From the NCBI GenBank assembly GCA_038087875.1, contig CM075992.1:10232001-10296000 (forward strand): a stretch of 64,000 nucleotides of DNA, in the 5' to 3' direction. The translations under genes were made by a program, and so were the position numbers. Under the pieces are notes generated by a model. That model saw nothing but the letters and a program-made list of their open reading frames with translations. It was not told where the DNA came from and did not search any database. This stretch comes from Malacoraja senta. Lineage: Eukaryota. Below are positions 13,149-26,619 of this stretch, piece after piece; within the stretch, counting starts at the first letter, position 1; every line of letters starts with the position of its first letter.

Positions 13149-13934
13149 GCTGGCAAACAATTGACTTCTAATAACTTCTCATTTACTTTACTATTTCAAC
13201 TTATCACTTCTTAAACGGAATCACAAAATTCATGACTTGGAGTCCAATATTACCCGTATGAATGAATTGGCCAGATTCAATCTGTTGGAAGGGGTTTTGT
13301 CTTCTCTGAGCTTCAGACTCGGGTCTCACCTTCTTGCGATTGTTGTTCCAGGGTTGTCGCTGCCGATGTCTCGGGCCGCCCTTCTTTTATAACACTTTCC
13401 CCTCAAACTTCGAAAGGAAGCCTTTGTTCAAACCGATGGCTCTCATGGGTTTACAGTCAACCATTTGAAGCTGTCACACCTCCAAGGGGTGAATACACAA
13501 AAACACAGCTTCAGTCCTTATCTGGCAAGGAAGTTCTTAATTATGTTACCTGTTCATATCTCTTTCTCATCAGAGAGATATTTTGCAATCTGCCCGTTCC
13601 AGGCACCTTATCTTCTCAAGGCCGTACTGGCTCGTCGTGAAGTTACCTTCAGATCTGCTCCCACCAGATGTGAATGACGTGACCATTTTTACTACGCTCC
13701 TTTGCTCTCCTGGCTCCAGCATTTTGCTCTATCTGTCGCTAGCTTGGAATATCCACCCAAAGCCTGTCGGGATACTTGACATCCAGTTCCAGGTTATATA
13801 TCCCCACTTTGATCAATTGACCGTTTAGCGAATTGGACCACACTGTACCTTGGCCACATATCAACTCATACATGTAAATATCTGAGTCTTTGCCATGTTA
13901 CAATTTCCGACAAAGCATAGTCATGCAAATCTAT

Positions 13935-14710
13935 CTCTATAATACTAAAATTCTTCGTCTTGTTTGTGGCGGTGTGTGAATGTGTGTTAATCTGGTTAAT
14001 TCCTATTTTCTTCCAAACGCTCGGCCACAGCCATCCCATTTTCAAACATCCTACTCATATTTTTCCCGTCGAGGCGATAAACATCTTCCCGTCGCATTCC
14101 CACATATATTTCCGAATTTTGTAATCGTTTAATTTTTTTTAAACAGCCCGAAAACTCACCCATTTCGACAAAAAACAGTGACATCACAATGCACGGGCAA
14201 GGCAGGACGGGACACTCCGGGAGGGATGGGGCAGTCCAGTGGTCGGGGTGAACGAGGGGTGGCGGTGGCTGCCGGCTCCCGACGGCCGGTGCGGAGGGTG
14301 GTAGAGGGAGGAGCTGGATGAAGGGCCAAGCCCAGGGCTTGGGATGGCGCCATGACTGTGGTCGAGAAAGAATCCACGGCTTGAAGCAAGGACGAGCCTG
14401 GGTCCGGTGTCAGGTATGAGCCCGGAGATGAAGTCGGGCCTCCACTGGAGTCCAGGCGGCGGCTGAGCTGACGGCTGCAGTCCGGAGATGACGTCAGGGC
14501 CTGCACTGGAGCCCAGGCGGCGGCTGAGCTGACGGCTGGAGTCTGCAGCCAGGGCGGGTCGATTACGAGAACCAAGCCGAGTTCCGGGCGCTGGCGCTAC
14601 TCTACGACCTGGGTAGGTCCTGGGGCAGTGAGGGAAGGGGAATAAGGGAAATGAGGAGGAGGGAGATGGGGTGTGGAGTGGGGTGGTAGAGGGAGATTGG
14701 GGTGGGGGGA
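13935..14710 (+). mobile_element. Possible non-autonomous Helitron-like/DNA element with GC-rich internal ~60-bp direct repeats
   Basis: Begins TCTATAATACTAAAA, with an abrupt GC-rich block carrying a duplicated ccaggcggcggctgagctgacggctg. No clear 3' terminus. Confidence 0.35.
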
Positions 14711-15560
14711 TCCTCTCCTTTGCCAGCACATCCTTCCTCAGACATGGTGCCCAAAATTGCTCACAATATTTCAAATGCATCCTTACAAGCGCTTGATAGA
14801 GCCTTAAAATGACATCCCTATTTTTGGATACAAGACCACTGAAATAATTGCTAGCATTGGGTTTGCTTTCATTACTACCGAATCGATTTGCAGTGTAAAG
14901 AGCGTAATTTGCGCGTAATTTACGCAACATCATTTACGCGTCACGACGCACAATGCGTACATCGTGCCGCTCACGTGATGCGCACACGGCGCGCATTACG
15001 TGCGCATGGTGCGCATTACGCGTGCATGGTGCGTTGTGACGTAGGACGAACGCGCAGTCCCGCGCGGCGCCCCAGGATTTTAGGATGTACAAAATCATCA
15101 CGCGCCATCTGCGTGACGCGCAAATGACGCCCAAGTGAGACAGGCACTTAACTTTTTGGGAATCCTGCACGAGTACTCCCAAAGCCTTTATACCCCCGAT
15201 TTCTGGATTCTTACCCCATTTAGAAAATAGTCTACGCCTTTAATCCTACAATCAAAATGCATGACTTCACAATTTGCGACAACATATTCCATCTGCCAAT
15301 TCTTTCCCAACTCTCCCAACCTGTTCTCGTCCTCCTGCAGATTCCCTGCTTTCTCCACACAACATACCCCATCCAGCTATTTTCGTATGATCCGCAAACT
15401 TTGCCACAAGGCCTTCAAACCCCTCGTCCAAATCATTAGTATACAACGTGAAGAGTAGCGGCCCCATCACTGACCCTTGCGGAATTCCACTAGTCACTGT
15501 CAGCCAACCAGAAAAGCCCTTTTTTTTGCCATTCTTTGTCTTCTTCGTTCTCTGTGGCAA
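14710..15560 (-). mobile_element. CR1 RT fragment interrupted by a MITE
   Basis: SGIPQGSVMGPLLF, KFADHTK and LRLYQALVR motifs on the minus strand. Confidence 0.8.
14895..15150. mobile_element. CpG-rich MITE (PIF/Harbinger-like, one terminus decayed)
   Basis: Inverted repeat catttacgcgtcacg / cgtgacgcgcaaatg. The right end aagtgagacaggcac is followed by TTA. Confidence 0.5.
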
Positions 15561-15828
15561 TGACCTATTCGGAAATATGGACTCAAGACTAAGGTTGGGA
15601 TGGGTGCTAGGGGAGTGTTGGAACAAGGCATTGATGCTGTGTGGCTGCAGCCATGTGGTCTGCATATAAATATATCAGGCAGTTAAGATGTGAACCATTA
15701 TTATAGTATTTAATTTGAATTTATGTGCTCTCCGAAGTCATGTCTGGATGAATAGGACCCATATTACAGGGTTTGCAGATGGACACAAGAGAGTAGAGCA
15801 CAAAACATTGATCTCAGTCATGTACGTC

Positions 15829-17780
15829 AATAGAATAGACCATAGGTGCAGGAGTAGGCCATACGGCCCTTCGAGCCAGCGCCGCCATTCAATGTGATCA
15901 TGGCTGATCATCCACAATCAGTACCCCGTTCCTGCCTCTTCCCCATATCCTCTGACTCCGTTATCTTTAAGAGCCCTATCAAGCTCTCTCTTGAAAGTAT
16001 CCAGAGAACGGGTCTCCACCGCCCTCTGAGGCAGATAATTACACAGACTCACAACTCTCTGTGAAAAGTGTTTCCTCATCTCCGTTCTAAATGGCTTACC
16101 CCTTATTCTTAAACCGTGGCCCCGAGTTCTGGACTCCCCCAACATCGGGAACGTGTTTCATGCTTCTAGCGTGACCAAACCCCAAATAATCTTATATGTT
16201 TCAATAAGATCCACTCTTATCCTTCTAAATTCCAGAGTATGCAAGTCCAGCCACTCCATTCTCTCAGCATATGACAGTCCCGCCATCCCGGGAATTATCC
16301 GTGTGAACCTACGCTGCACTCTCTCAATGGCATTAATGTCATTCCTCACATTTGGCGACCAAAACTGCACACAATAATCCAAGTGTGGTCTCACTAGCGC
16401 CCTATACAACTGCAAAAGTACCTCTTTGCTCCTATACACAACTCCTCTTGATGTGAAGGCCAACATGCCTTTTGCTTTCTTCACTGCCTGATGTAACTGC
16501 ATGTTTAAGAAGGAACTGCAGATGCTGGATAATCGAAGGTGGACAAAAATGATGGAGAAACACAGCAGGTGTGGCAGCAATTATGGAGCGAAGGAAATAG
16601 GCGACGTTTCAGGTCGAGACCCTTCCTGCTGTACCTGCATACTTACTTTCATTGACTGATGAACAAGGACCCCCCCCCCAGATCCCGTTGTACTCCCCTT
16701 TTCCCAACTTGACACAATTTAGATAATAATCTGCCTTCCTGTTTTTGCTACCAAAGTGGATAACCTCACATTTATCCACATTAAACTTCATCTGCCATGC
16801 ATCTGCCCACTCCCCCAACCTGTCCAAGTCACCCTGTGTTCTTATAGCATCCTGCTCACAGTTCACACTGCCACCCAGTTTTGTATAATCTGCAAAATTG
16901 CTAATGTTGCTTTGAATCCCTTCATCTAAATCATTGATATATATTGTAAATAGCTGCAGTCCCAGCACCGATCCTTGCGGTACCCCACTCGTCACTGCCT
17001 GGCATTCTGAAAGGGACCCGTTAATCCCTACTCTTTCTTTCCTGTGCCCAAATTTTGCCCACTAATCTCCTATGTGGGGCCTTATCAAATGCTTTCTGAA
17101 AGTCCAGGCTAACTACATTCCCCTTGTCCATTTTGCTAGTCACATCTTCAAAACGTTACAGAAGATTAGTCAAGCATGATTTCCCCTTCGTAAATCCATG
17201 CTAACTCATACCGATCCTGTTACTGCTCTCCAAATGTGCCGCTATTTCATCTTTTATGATGGACTGCAGCATCTTCCTTACCACCGATGTCAGGCGAACT
17301 GGTCCATAATTCCCCTTTTCCTCCCTCACACCTTTCTTAAAAAGTGGGATAACATTAGCTACTCTCCAATCCACATTAACTGATCCTGAATATGTAGAAC
17401 ATATGAAAATGATATCCAATGCATCCACGGTTTCTAGAGACACTCCTTAGGTACCCTGCGATGCAGACCACCAGGCCCTGGGGATTTATCAGTCTTCAGT
17501 CCCATCAGTCTACCCAACACCATTTCCTGCCTAATGTGGATTTCTTTCAGTTCCTCCGCCACCCAAGATCCTCTGGCCAATAGTATATCAGGAAGATTGT
17601 TTGTGTCCTCCTTAGTGAAGACGGATCCAAGGTCTCTGTTCAACTCATCTGCCATTTCCTTGTTCCCCATAATAAATTCGCCCTTTTTCAGTCTTCAAAG
17701 GTCCAATTGTGGTCTTAACTATTTGTTTCCTCTTCGCATACCTAAATAAGCTTTTACTATCCTCCTTTATTTTCTTGGCA
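15829..17780 (-). mobile_element. CR1 LINE, 5'-truncated and decayed
   Basis: RT motifs in ORFs 16609-16995, 16158-16580 and 15918-16145. It splits the 3' flank of defensin copy B. Confidence 0.92.
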
Positions 17781-17945
17781 AAGTCAAGTGCGAATGGATG
17801 CAGCACTGTAGCCTTTTCTGACTGCTGTTTTTCCGAGTTTAGCTTCTTTCCTGATACACGTTAGTTCCAGCAGGTTACATCAAAAGAGAAGCAAGGAAAA
17901 GCGAACCTCTGATAATGCAACAATTATATATTCATGCACATTTTA

Positions 17946-18839
17946 TTACCGATGTCCATAACGTTCTCTGCAACATTTTATCTTGTGGGTGCAAGTTCCG
18001 ATTTCCTCAAATTTTGTTGCGGCAACCCACCCTACACACTCCTTGAATTCTTCTGCAATGCGCTGTACGGCAGAAATTAAAAGCTGAATAAACAGGAGGT
18101 AAATCATTTTTTTTTACATATGCAGCGAAATACTATGGAATCGTTGAATACCATATTGTGTGCAATGCGGAAAACAACTCGTGGTGACTAATATCATCTT
18201 AATAACCCTTCTCTTGGTCCAACATTATAACGGAATGAATAGAATCTAGTAAATGTAGAATGTTTGCATTTCTTGAAGGTCCAAAGGAAAGGACGGCTGT
18301 AATGTCTCAGCGAATGTCTCAGCGAAGGAGGAAATACATTGATAGAGTTCGGGGAACATGTACTGGAATGATACATTATCTGTATTAAGTGAGATGGATG
18401 CGTTCCTTTGCACCCTAGTCATCCAGTCGTCCTTTGAAATGACAATATAAAAACACTATCTTTCTTAAACTGTATGGACATTTTAATATATTTTGCTTAC
18501 GTGGACACGTGCCCGTTTGCCCACCTCTTCCGTTCGTTCCGCTTTTGAGTGATCTGAATCCAGTAAATCCTTTCACGTTCCACACTGAACCAATAAGGCC
18601 TCCATGTATCTGTTTATTCGTTGGTTTGTGTGTGTGGTAGAGCCTTGAAAGATTTTTTCATGGACTGCACACAATATTAAAGAGCACAGCTTTACATCAA
18701 CACTCTCCAAACGCCATCGATATGTGGTCTCGAAGTATGTGTACACAAATATTTATCCTCCCATACCTGTAACATATCCCTCTGCGAACCGATGAGTCAG
18801 GAGCAACATTGCATAGTTGAAAAGAAGCACGGTTCTCAT
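17946..18839 (-). pseudogene. Beta-defensin-like copy B (exons 18839-18767 and 18062-17946), +1 frameshift; corrected product MRTVLLFNYAMLLLTHRFAEGYVTAHCRRIQGVCRVGCRNKFEEIGTCTHKIKCCRERYGHR
   Basis: Exon 1 is 73 nt as in copy A, with donor ACAG|gtatgg and acceptor gtacag|. Exon 2 reads ...CRNKI* because of an extra A in an A run at ~18012-18015. Removing one A restores the same Cys spacing. An assembly homopolymer error is an alternative explanation. Confidence 0.82.
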
Positions 18840-19004
18840 CTTCGCTTCCCGATCAGGATCAAATAATGCGATGAGATATTTTGTCTGATGGTAGACTTTG
18901 CTCTATATTAATTGTGAGGCAGTGCCTTGAGTTGCCGAGCATGGTGGTGCACGCGTGTGGGCAGTGTGGTTGGTTTGTTCCAGAAAGCGCCCGCCAGTCT
19001 GACT

Positions 19005-19530
19005 CCAACTGGTTCAGAATGCAGCCGCCCGACTCATCACCCACACGAAATCCTGGCACCACATCACCCCAGTTCTCAAAGAACTTCACTGGCTTCCCAT
19101 TTCCCACCGGACCATCTACAAAATCCCGGTCCTCACCTACAAAGCCCTCAACCACTTGGCCCCCCCTTATCTCACCGACCTCCTCTCCCCCTACCAACCC
19201 TCACGGTCCCTCAGATCCACATCAGCCGGTCTCCTCTCCATTCCGAAATCCAAACTCTGCACTTTTGGAAACAGAGCCTTCTCCAGGGCAGCTCCCAGGC
19301 TCTGGAACTCCCTCCCACAACTGATCCGAAATTCTGAGTCCCTCACCATCTTCCAGTCCCGCCTCAAGACCCATCTCTTCACCTCTGCACATCCTTAGTC
19401 CCATGTCCCCCTCCCCTTTGCATCTCTGTCTTACTGCTCCATTTTGTTTTGTTTTTGACTCTCAATGTAAAGCGACTTTAAGTCCTTGAAAAGCGCTATA
19501 TAAAATAAATGTATTATTATTATTATTATT
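19005..19530 (+). mobile_element. L2-clade LINE 3' fragment with (TAT)n tail
   Basis: APPYLTDLL..PSRSLRS..GNRAFSRAAPRLWNSLP..LKTHLF. Absent at the homologous site in copy A (~1440). Confidence 0.88.
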
Positions 19531-20224
19531 ATTCCTCATTGGCTCAGGAACACCGAGCAGATGACAGCATGGGTTACCTAGCTGACATGAACTGGTCAGT
19601 AATAAATATGTGTCCTTGTTCCCCATTCCAAGATTGGCCCGTCACACCGACTACAGCCGCTAAAAGAGCCGGCATGTCAAACTTCCAGACACGACACCTT
19701 CCACACGGCATTCGTGTCCACGTGATTCTTACAACATGTCCAGGCGCAATGAATTCGATCTTCAACAAGAATATTAGAACTGTTCTGAATTCATACAGCA
19801 GTACATAAAACGTAGCTTACTTCCCATTGCATTGTATTTGCAAAGGACTTTAGGCCAAAGATGTGTATTCTTTAGCAGTGCTTCTCCGCCTGTGTTTATC
19901 GTACACGTGTTTGCAATCGTCAGATGTATTGCCAGTGTGTTTCAAACAAAATAACATACTGAGAGAGCCACGAAGTGCACAGAAAGTGGCCGATTGGCTC
20001 ACAATTCCAAGGCCATGATAACTTTCCTTCTGCTGTGGTCCTATTTACTAGCACTTGATCCGCAGTGCTATGGGTTGGCACTTCCAGTGGTCAGCCCAAG
20101 TGGGGTGAGAATGTCTGCCTCCACTACCCCTCACTCTCTGCTTTCCAGTTACCAATCTTTCGCACTCTCATCCCTCCCAACATTTGATTAAAGCAGTCAC
20201 GTTGAATAACTGCCAAGTTTGTAA

Positions 20225-20870
20225 GTTTTCCAACTTACCGCCATGCCCATTTTCGCCACCTCGAATGGGAACCCACCACTGGCCACATATTCCCATCTCC
20301 TGCCCTTTCGGGTTTCCGCAGGGACCGCTCCCTCCGTAACTCCCTGGTCAATTCGTCCCTTCCGACCAAAGCCACACCCTCCCCTGGTACTTTCGCTTGC
20401 AACTGCAGTAAATGCTACACTTGTCGCTTTACCCCCCCCCCCACCTGAAACTATCCAAGGACTCTGCAGTCTCTGCAGGTTCGGCAGAGGTTTACCTGCA
20501 CCTTCTCCAAATTCGTCTATTGCATCGGCTTCTCTAGGTGTCAGCTGCTGTACATCGGTGAGACCAAGCGTAGGCGTGGGGATCGCTTCGCCCAACATCT
20601 CCGCTCAGTTCTCAACAACCATCCTGATCTCCCGGTGGCTCAGCACTTGAACCCCCCCTCCCATTCCGAATCCGACCTTTCTGTCCTGTGCTCCATTGTA
20701 AGAATGAGTCCCACCGTAAATTGGAGGAGCAGCACCTCATATTTCGCTTGGGTAGTTTACACCCCAGCGGTATGAACATTGACTTCTCCAATTTCAGATA
20801 GTCCTTGCTTTCTCCATATTTCCCCTCCCCTTCTCAGCTCTCCCTCAGCCCACTGCCTCCGCATCTTCGC
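20225..20870 (+). mobile_element. Penelope-like element 3' fragment (GIY-YIG endonuclease)
   Basis: LLYIGETKRRRGDRFAQHL, PVAQHL and EEQHLIFRLGSLHPSGMNIDF motifs. Confidence 0.85.
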
Positions 20871-21340
20871 ATGGCAAACATTACCTGGTTCTAGTTGACT
20901 CGTATTCCGGATGGTTTGAAATCGTTCGGCTCAGTCGCCCCACCTCTGCAGGGGTAGTCCAGAAGCTGGCACGCCATTTCTCTGTTCAGGGGTCTTCGCA
21001 TCAGTTACTGTCTGACAATGGCAGCCACTTTACCAGCCAGTACTTCAAAGACTTTGCTACACGCTGGGGTTAGGTCAAGCAGTCAAACGGGCTGGCTGAA
21101 CTTGCAGTCAGGAGTGCAAAACAAGCGATGGAACGATCTCACAGAGCAGGATCAGACGTATACCTATCCTGCTCAACCTGCGTGATCTGCATCAAATCTA
21201 AAGAGAGAGAGAGTTTCGCACCTGCTACAGGACAGATGGACTGGACTACATAAGGAATGTGTAGCATGCATCATCTGTGTGCTGATATATATATATATAT
21301 ATATATATATAGTAAAGACATACTAATCTACACATCTTCA
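20870..21340 (+). mobile_element. Ty3/Gypsy-like integrase relic with (AT)n
   Basis: YLVLVDSYSGWFEI, LLSDNGSHFTS and QSNGLAE motifs. Confidence 0.7.
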
Positions 21341-22499
21341 CTACCTAAAATACAGTCAATTTTAGTGGCATTGAAAACAAATTGGTCATGCTTTGTATAT
21401 TCGCATCCAGTCGTTGATATAAACTATAAATAGCAATGTGCCCAACAACGATCTCTGAGGCACACCGCTAGTTTCAGGCTTCCAGTCCAAATAGCAGTTC
21501 TGCATCAATCTTATCTGATTTGATTCCAGGCATTGCTCCAGTTGTTTGTGCAGTTCTGTAGTTCGTTCTACATTGATGTGGGGTATGACCTGATCACCTT
21601 TGAATGCTCATATCACTGCAGATTTCCTGCTTTACCTCTGGTTTGTGAGAATACGGGCAGTGGTGCCATAAGCTCCTAGAACCGTAGGCAGTCAGTGAGC
21701 GATTCTCTGTGATCCATGATACACGTTGGACGCCCGCCGAGTCGACTGTCCATAAAACAAACAGCGTGCGTGAGGATATCACAAAGTGCTGGAAGAACTC
21801 TGCCAATCCGGCAGTATCTGGGAATGGAATAGGGAGGCGATATTACAGTTCGGAGCCTTTCTTTACACACATTGTAGAAGGCGAGAGAGAGAGCTGGAAA
21901 GAGGGATGGGGAGGCGTGTGAACGTGGGAAGTGAGTACTGGATACGTTAGAGGGGTAGGTTGGCAGAAAGATGGAGGAAGTGACACAGGGTAATTGGGTC
22001 CATCACGTCTACTCCGCCATTTAATCATGGGGGATCTAACTCTCCCTCCTAACCCCATTCTCCCCAAAACCTCCCACACCTTTTCTAGTCAACAATCAAT
22101 CTAGCTCTCCCTTAAAAATATCCGCTGACCTGTCAAATAATACCACAGATTCACCACCCTCTGACTGAAGAATGTTTTCTTCATCACCTTCCTAAAATAA
22201 CATCCTTAAATTCTGAGGCTATGAGTCTCCCATTAATAGCAACGTCCTCACTACATCCCCTCTTTCCAAGCCTTTCACTATTCTGATATGAAGGGGGAGT
22301 TGACTAAAATTGATTGAGGATCTTTGTAGGCAAGACCATGGAGTAGCAATGGCAGGAGTTGCTGGGAGTAATATGACGATCCAGCTACTTTTCATCCCTA
22401 AGAGGAAGAAACATGCTATTGGGTTGTGTGAGGCGACGGTGTCTGACAAAAGAAGTAAAAGACAACTTACAAAAATAAAAGATAGGTCATATTATATGG

Positions 22500-24520
22500 C
22501 AACGTTGAGTGGGAAGCATTAAGTTGATTTTTCAAATCGAGAGAAGACAACTAAAATGTGGTAAAGGGAGAAAGGATTAAATATGAAAGTAAATTAAGTA
22601 ATATAAAAGAAGATACGTTTTCATATATAAAATTAAAAGAGAGGCAAGAGTGGGCACTGGGCCGTTGAAAACTTACAACGAACAAGTATTACTGGGGAAC
22701 AAAGAAATGGCGAACAAACTAAACAGGTTTTTGTGTCAGTCTTCAGAGTGAATGTTAGCGGCAATGTGCCAGCTATTCACGAAAGTCAGGGCAGAAATTA
22801 GTGTAGTCCTTATTACAGGGGAACATGTGCGGGGGAAGTTGATATATCTAATGGTGGATAAGATGTACCTGACGGACCACATACCACAAAAGAGGATGCT
22901 GTCGAGATGTGGAGGCATTAATAGCGATCTTACAATTATCTGAAATGGTTCCAGAGGACACTAAAAGCGGAAATGTAACTCCACTGTTTAAAAAGGGAGC
23001 GAGGCAAAAAAAAATGTTCGTCCCGTGTCCGAATACAGCGATTCAATACAGTTTAGAGTTCATTATTTACCATATGTTCTCGGGATACAAGTAAGTGGGC
23101 CAACGTTGAAGGAAAATCTTGCCTGACAAATCTGCTGGAATTCTTTGAGAAAGAATGAAGAAGGGCAGACGAAAGAGAGACATTGGATGTTGTTTATTTA
23201 GATTTTCCGCACGAGGCTTTGAAACAAAATAGGAGACCATGGCATTGGAGGCAAATTACCAGCATTGATAGACTATTGGCTGACTGGCAGAAGGCAAAGT
23301 ATGGGAATAAAAGGGATCACCTTCTGGTTGGCTGCATGTGCGCAGTGGTGTTCCACAGACGGTCGGTGTTGGGTCCGCTACCATTTACGTTGTGTGTTCA
23401 TGATCTGGATGGTGGACGTGATGGCTGTGACCGTTTGTTGATCCGACTAAGGTAGCTGGAGGGTCAAGTGATGTCGATGTAGGTGGCAGTCTATTGAGGG
23501 TATTGCACAGGTTCGCAAAGTGTTCAAAGATGTGGCAGGTCGAAAATAAAGCAGCAAAGTGTGCGAATCTGTACATTCTTAGCAGGAATAAAAGTTTAGA
23601 CTATTTTCCAAATGATTCGTAAATCGAAGGTACAATGGCATTGGGGTTCTAGTGAAGGATTCTCAAATGGTAAATATATAGTTTGGGCCGGAAGAAAGGA
23701 AATTTAGCATTCATTTCGAGAGGACTGGAACATAAAAGCAAGAATGCAATGCTGATGCTTTATGAGGCGGTGGTCAGGGCATATATACCGACGCGTCAGG
23801 AGACAGAAATATTGTGAGATGTTTCGATCAGCATATTCAAGATTCAAGATAGGTTCATTGTCACGTGTATCAATTAATGTACTGTGACATTCGAGTCACC
23901 ATACGGCCATACCAAGTGAAAAGCAGTAAGACACACAACCACATCAAATAAAATTTATTATAAACATCCACCACAGCGGCTCTCCACATTCCTCACAGTG
24001 ATGGAAGGTAATAAAGTCCAATCTCCCCCTCTGAGGAAACTTGTGCTGGTTGGAGGGGGTCCAGGGGAAGTTTACGAGAAAGATTCGAGGGATGACTGGG
24101 TTAACGAATGCGGTGTGATTGGTGGCGGTGCGCTGTACTCGCTGGAAATTAGAATGATGAGGGGGGACCGCATTGAAACCTACGGAATAAGGAAATGCCT
24201 GGATAGATTGAATGTGTAGATGATATTTCTAGTCGTGGGAGAATCTAGGAACAGAGGGCACAAAACAAAGCTACTTGCGTTTAAAATGTAGAAGAGCAGA
24301 AATGCATTTAGCCAGAGTATGGGTGAATTTATGGAATCCAGTTGTCGGCGGCAAGTCGTTGGGTAAATTTAAAGCGGAGATCGATTTTTTTTTTCCATTG
24401 GGAAGGGTATTAACATTTTGGCGATATTGCAAGAGAAAGGGGTTGTGAAGGAAAAACAGATCAGCCGTGATGGAATGGTGGAACACACTCGATGGGCCGA
24501 ATGACATGACGTCTCTCATG
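22500..24520 (+). mobile_element. Old decayed CR1 LINE with nested repeat
   Basis: NVTPLFKKG, CLTNLLEFFE, DVVYLDF and SVLGPL motifs with many stops and frameshifts. Confidence 0.8.
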
Positions 24521-24600
24521 ACCTAAAGTGTTACGGAACGCTGGGGAACCACGTCAAGGTATAATTTATTTATTGGGCCCATGAATTTAGTGCACAGGCT

Positions 24601-25682
24601 AAGTCAAGACAAGTCAGGTTTATTCGTCACATACACATACGAGATGTGCAGTGAAATGAAAAGTGGCAATGCTTGTGGATTTGTGCAAAAAACTACGACA
24701 GAATGGAACAGAATCACATATTGACATATTACATATTTGTAGGAGGAAAAAAACGAAAAAAACAGCACTTTTAAAAAGACACCACACAACAGTAAATTGT
24801 TACAGTAAAGTTAGTCCATGGTGAGATAGGAGTTTACAGTCCTAATGGCCTCTGGTAAGAAACTCCTTCTCATCCTCTCCATTTTCACAGCATGGCAACG
24901 GAGGCGTTTTCCTGACCGTAGCAGCTGGAACAGTCCGTTGCAGGGGTGGAAGGTGTCTCCCATGATCTTTTTGGCTCTGGAGTTGCACCTCCTGATGTAT
25001 AGTTCCTGCAGAGGGGCGAGTGTAGTTCCCATAGTGCGTTCGGCCGAACGCACTACTCTCTGCAGAGCCTTCTTGTCCTGGACAGAGCAGTTCCCAAACC
25101 AAATCGTGATGTTTCCGGACAAGATGCTTTCCACAGCCGCTGAGTAGAAGCATTAAATGATCCTCAGAGATACTCTGAATTTCCTCAATTGCCTGAGGTG
25201 GTAAAGGCGCTGCCTTGCCTTACTCACCAGTGCTGCAGCCTGTGATGTCCATGTCAGATCCTCTGAGATGTGGACTCCCAGGTATTTAAAGCAGCTCACC
25301 CCATTTGAGTATCCCCATTTATCCTCAATGGTGTGTACGTCCACAGATGATGTGCCCTCCTAAAGTCCACGATCAGCTCGTTATTTTTTTGATATTCAAG
25401 AGGAAGCTGTTGTCCTGACACCAGTGCCAGATCAGCCACCTCCTCCCGGTAGGCCTTCTCATCGTTATCGGAGATCAGACCCACCACCACAGTGTCATCA
25501 GCAAACTTGATTATAGAGTTGGAGCTGAACCTAACCACACAGTCATGTGTGTACAGGGAGTACAGTAGGGGCTGAGGACGGAGCCCTTGGGGGATCCTGT
25601 GCTCAGGGTGAGGGACTTCGATGTATTTCCTCCCATCTTGACTACCTGGGGCCTGGCGGTGAGAAAGTCCAGGACCCAGGCG
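24601..25682 (-). mobile_element. Rex1/Babar-type non-LTR retrotransposon 3' part
   Basis: PLLYSLYTHDC, KFADDTVVVGLISDNDE, FKYLGVHISEDLTW and ESILSGNITIWFGNCS motifs, with a (CTTGA)n-like tail. Confidence 0.88.
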
Positions 25683-26619
25683 GAAAGTGTAATTCGGCCT
25701 CATGTTTGAATTTCCTCCGACGTTTATGTTGGTGTGATATTGTTACTGAAGGATGGAAACTGAATTGCCACTTGGAACATTTCTTTTTTTCGCGGGTAAA
25801 TACTGAAGGTAGATTTATAGGAGGTTTGTGCACTGAAGACGATCCATAAGCTGTACGGAATGTTCTGTGATTTAGTTAATACAACTAGTAATCTCCATCT
25901 CGACCGACGTGCCAGCCGTGTTTGTGTCTCTGATTGTGTAATATTACTTGTTAACTGTTAACTCCGTCTGTCGGCAAGTTCATCGTCATAATACATCAAT
26001 GACAGATATCATTAGAGAGGTCACAAAGAGGAGAGAAGAATTGCTAGTGTGTGCGTATCAATGAGCAGAGGTGTAACACTACTGCGCCTACTACAAACCC
26101 AATGTTACGTACCCTCACATTGACTACACCCGTCTCTTGCAAGAATGCTATCCATTACTCCGTTGTGGAGGGATGTCGATCAATCTGCACGTCCCCCACC
26201 TTCAGATAAAAATGTCCAGTGCTCCTGACTTTTCAACCTTGCAACCGCTGACTCCAATACATAATTCTCCGGCCGTTCCACCAATCTGTCGTGATTCCAG
26301 CATCACTCACATCTTTCGAAATTTGCAGGCACCTTTTACGCTGCAGCTCATTGGTTCACAGTCCCCTTCCTCCCAAACTACTGCTTCCCAGTTACTTTCC
26401 CTTTAAACGCAGGAGATGTCTCAGCTGCTCCGGCACCTCCTCCCTCATCTCCATCGAGCGACCACATCAAGCCTGCACTGCATGACCGATGTTCACATGC
26501 TCCTCCGCGAACCTCCTCTACAGAATTTGGCCCTCCCAATGTGGCCAACTTTACTTCAACCAGACAAAACGTAAGCGAGGGGATGAATTCGACGAACAGT
26601 AGCGCACAATTCTCCAACG

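Noticed and set aside
13150..13930. Unassigned sequence after the BEL LTR as a possible exon
   Set aside because: The frames I read contain stops and no recognisable motif, so it is left unannotated.
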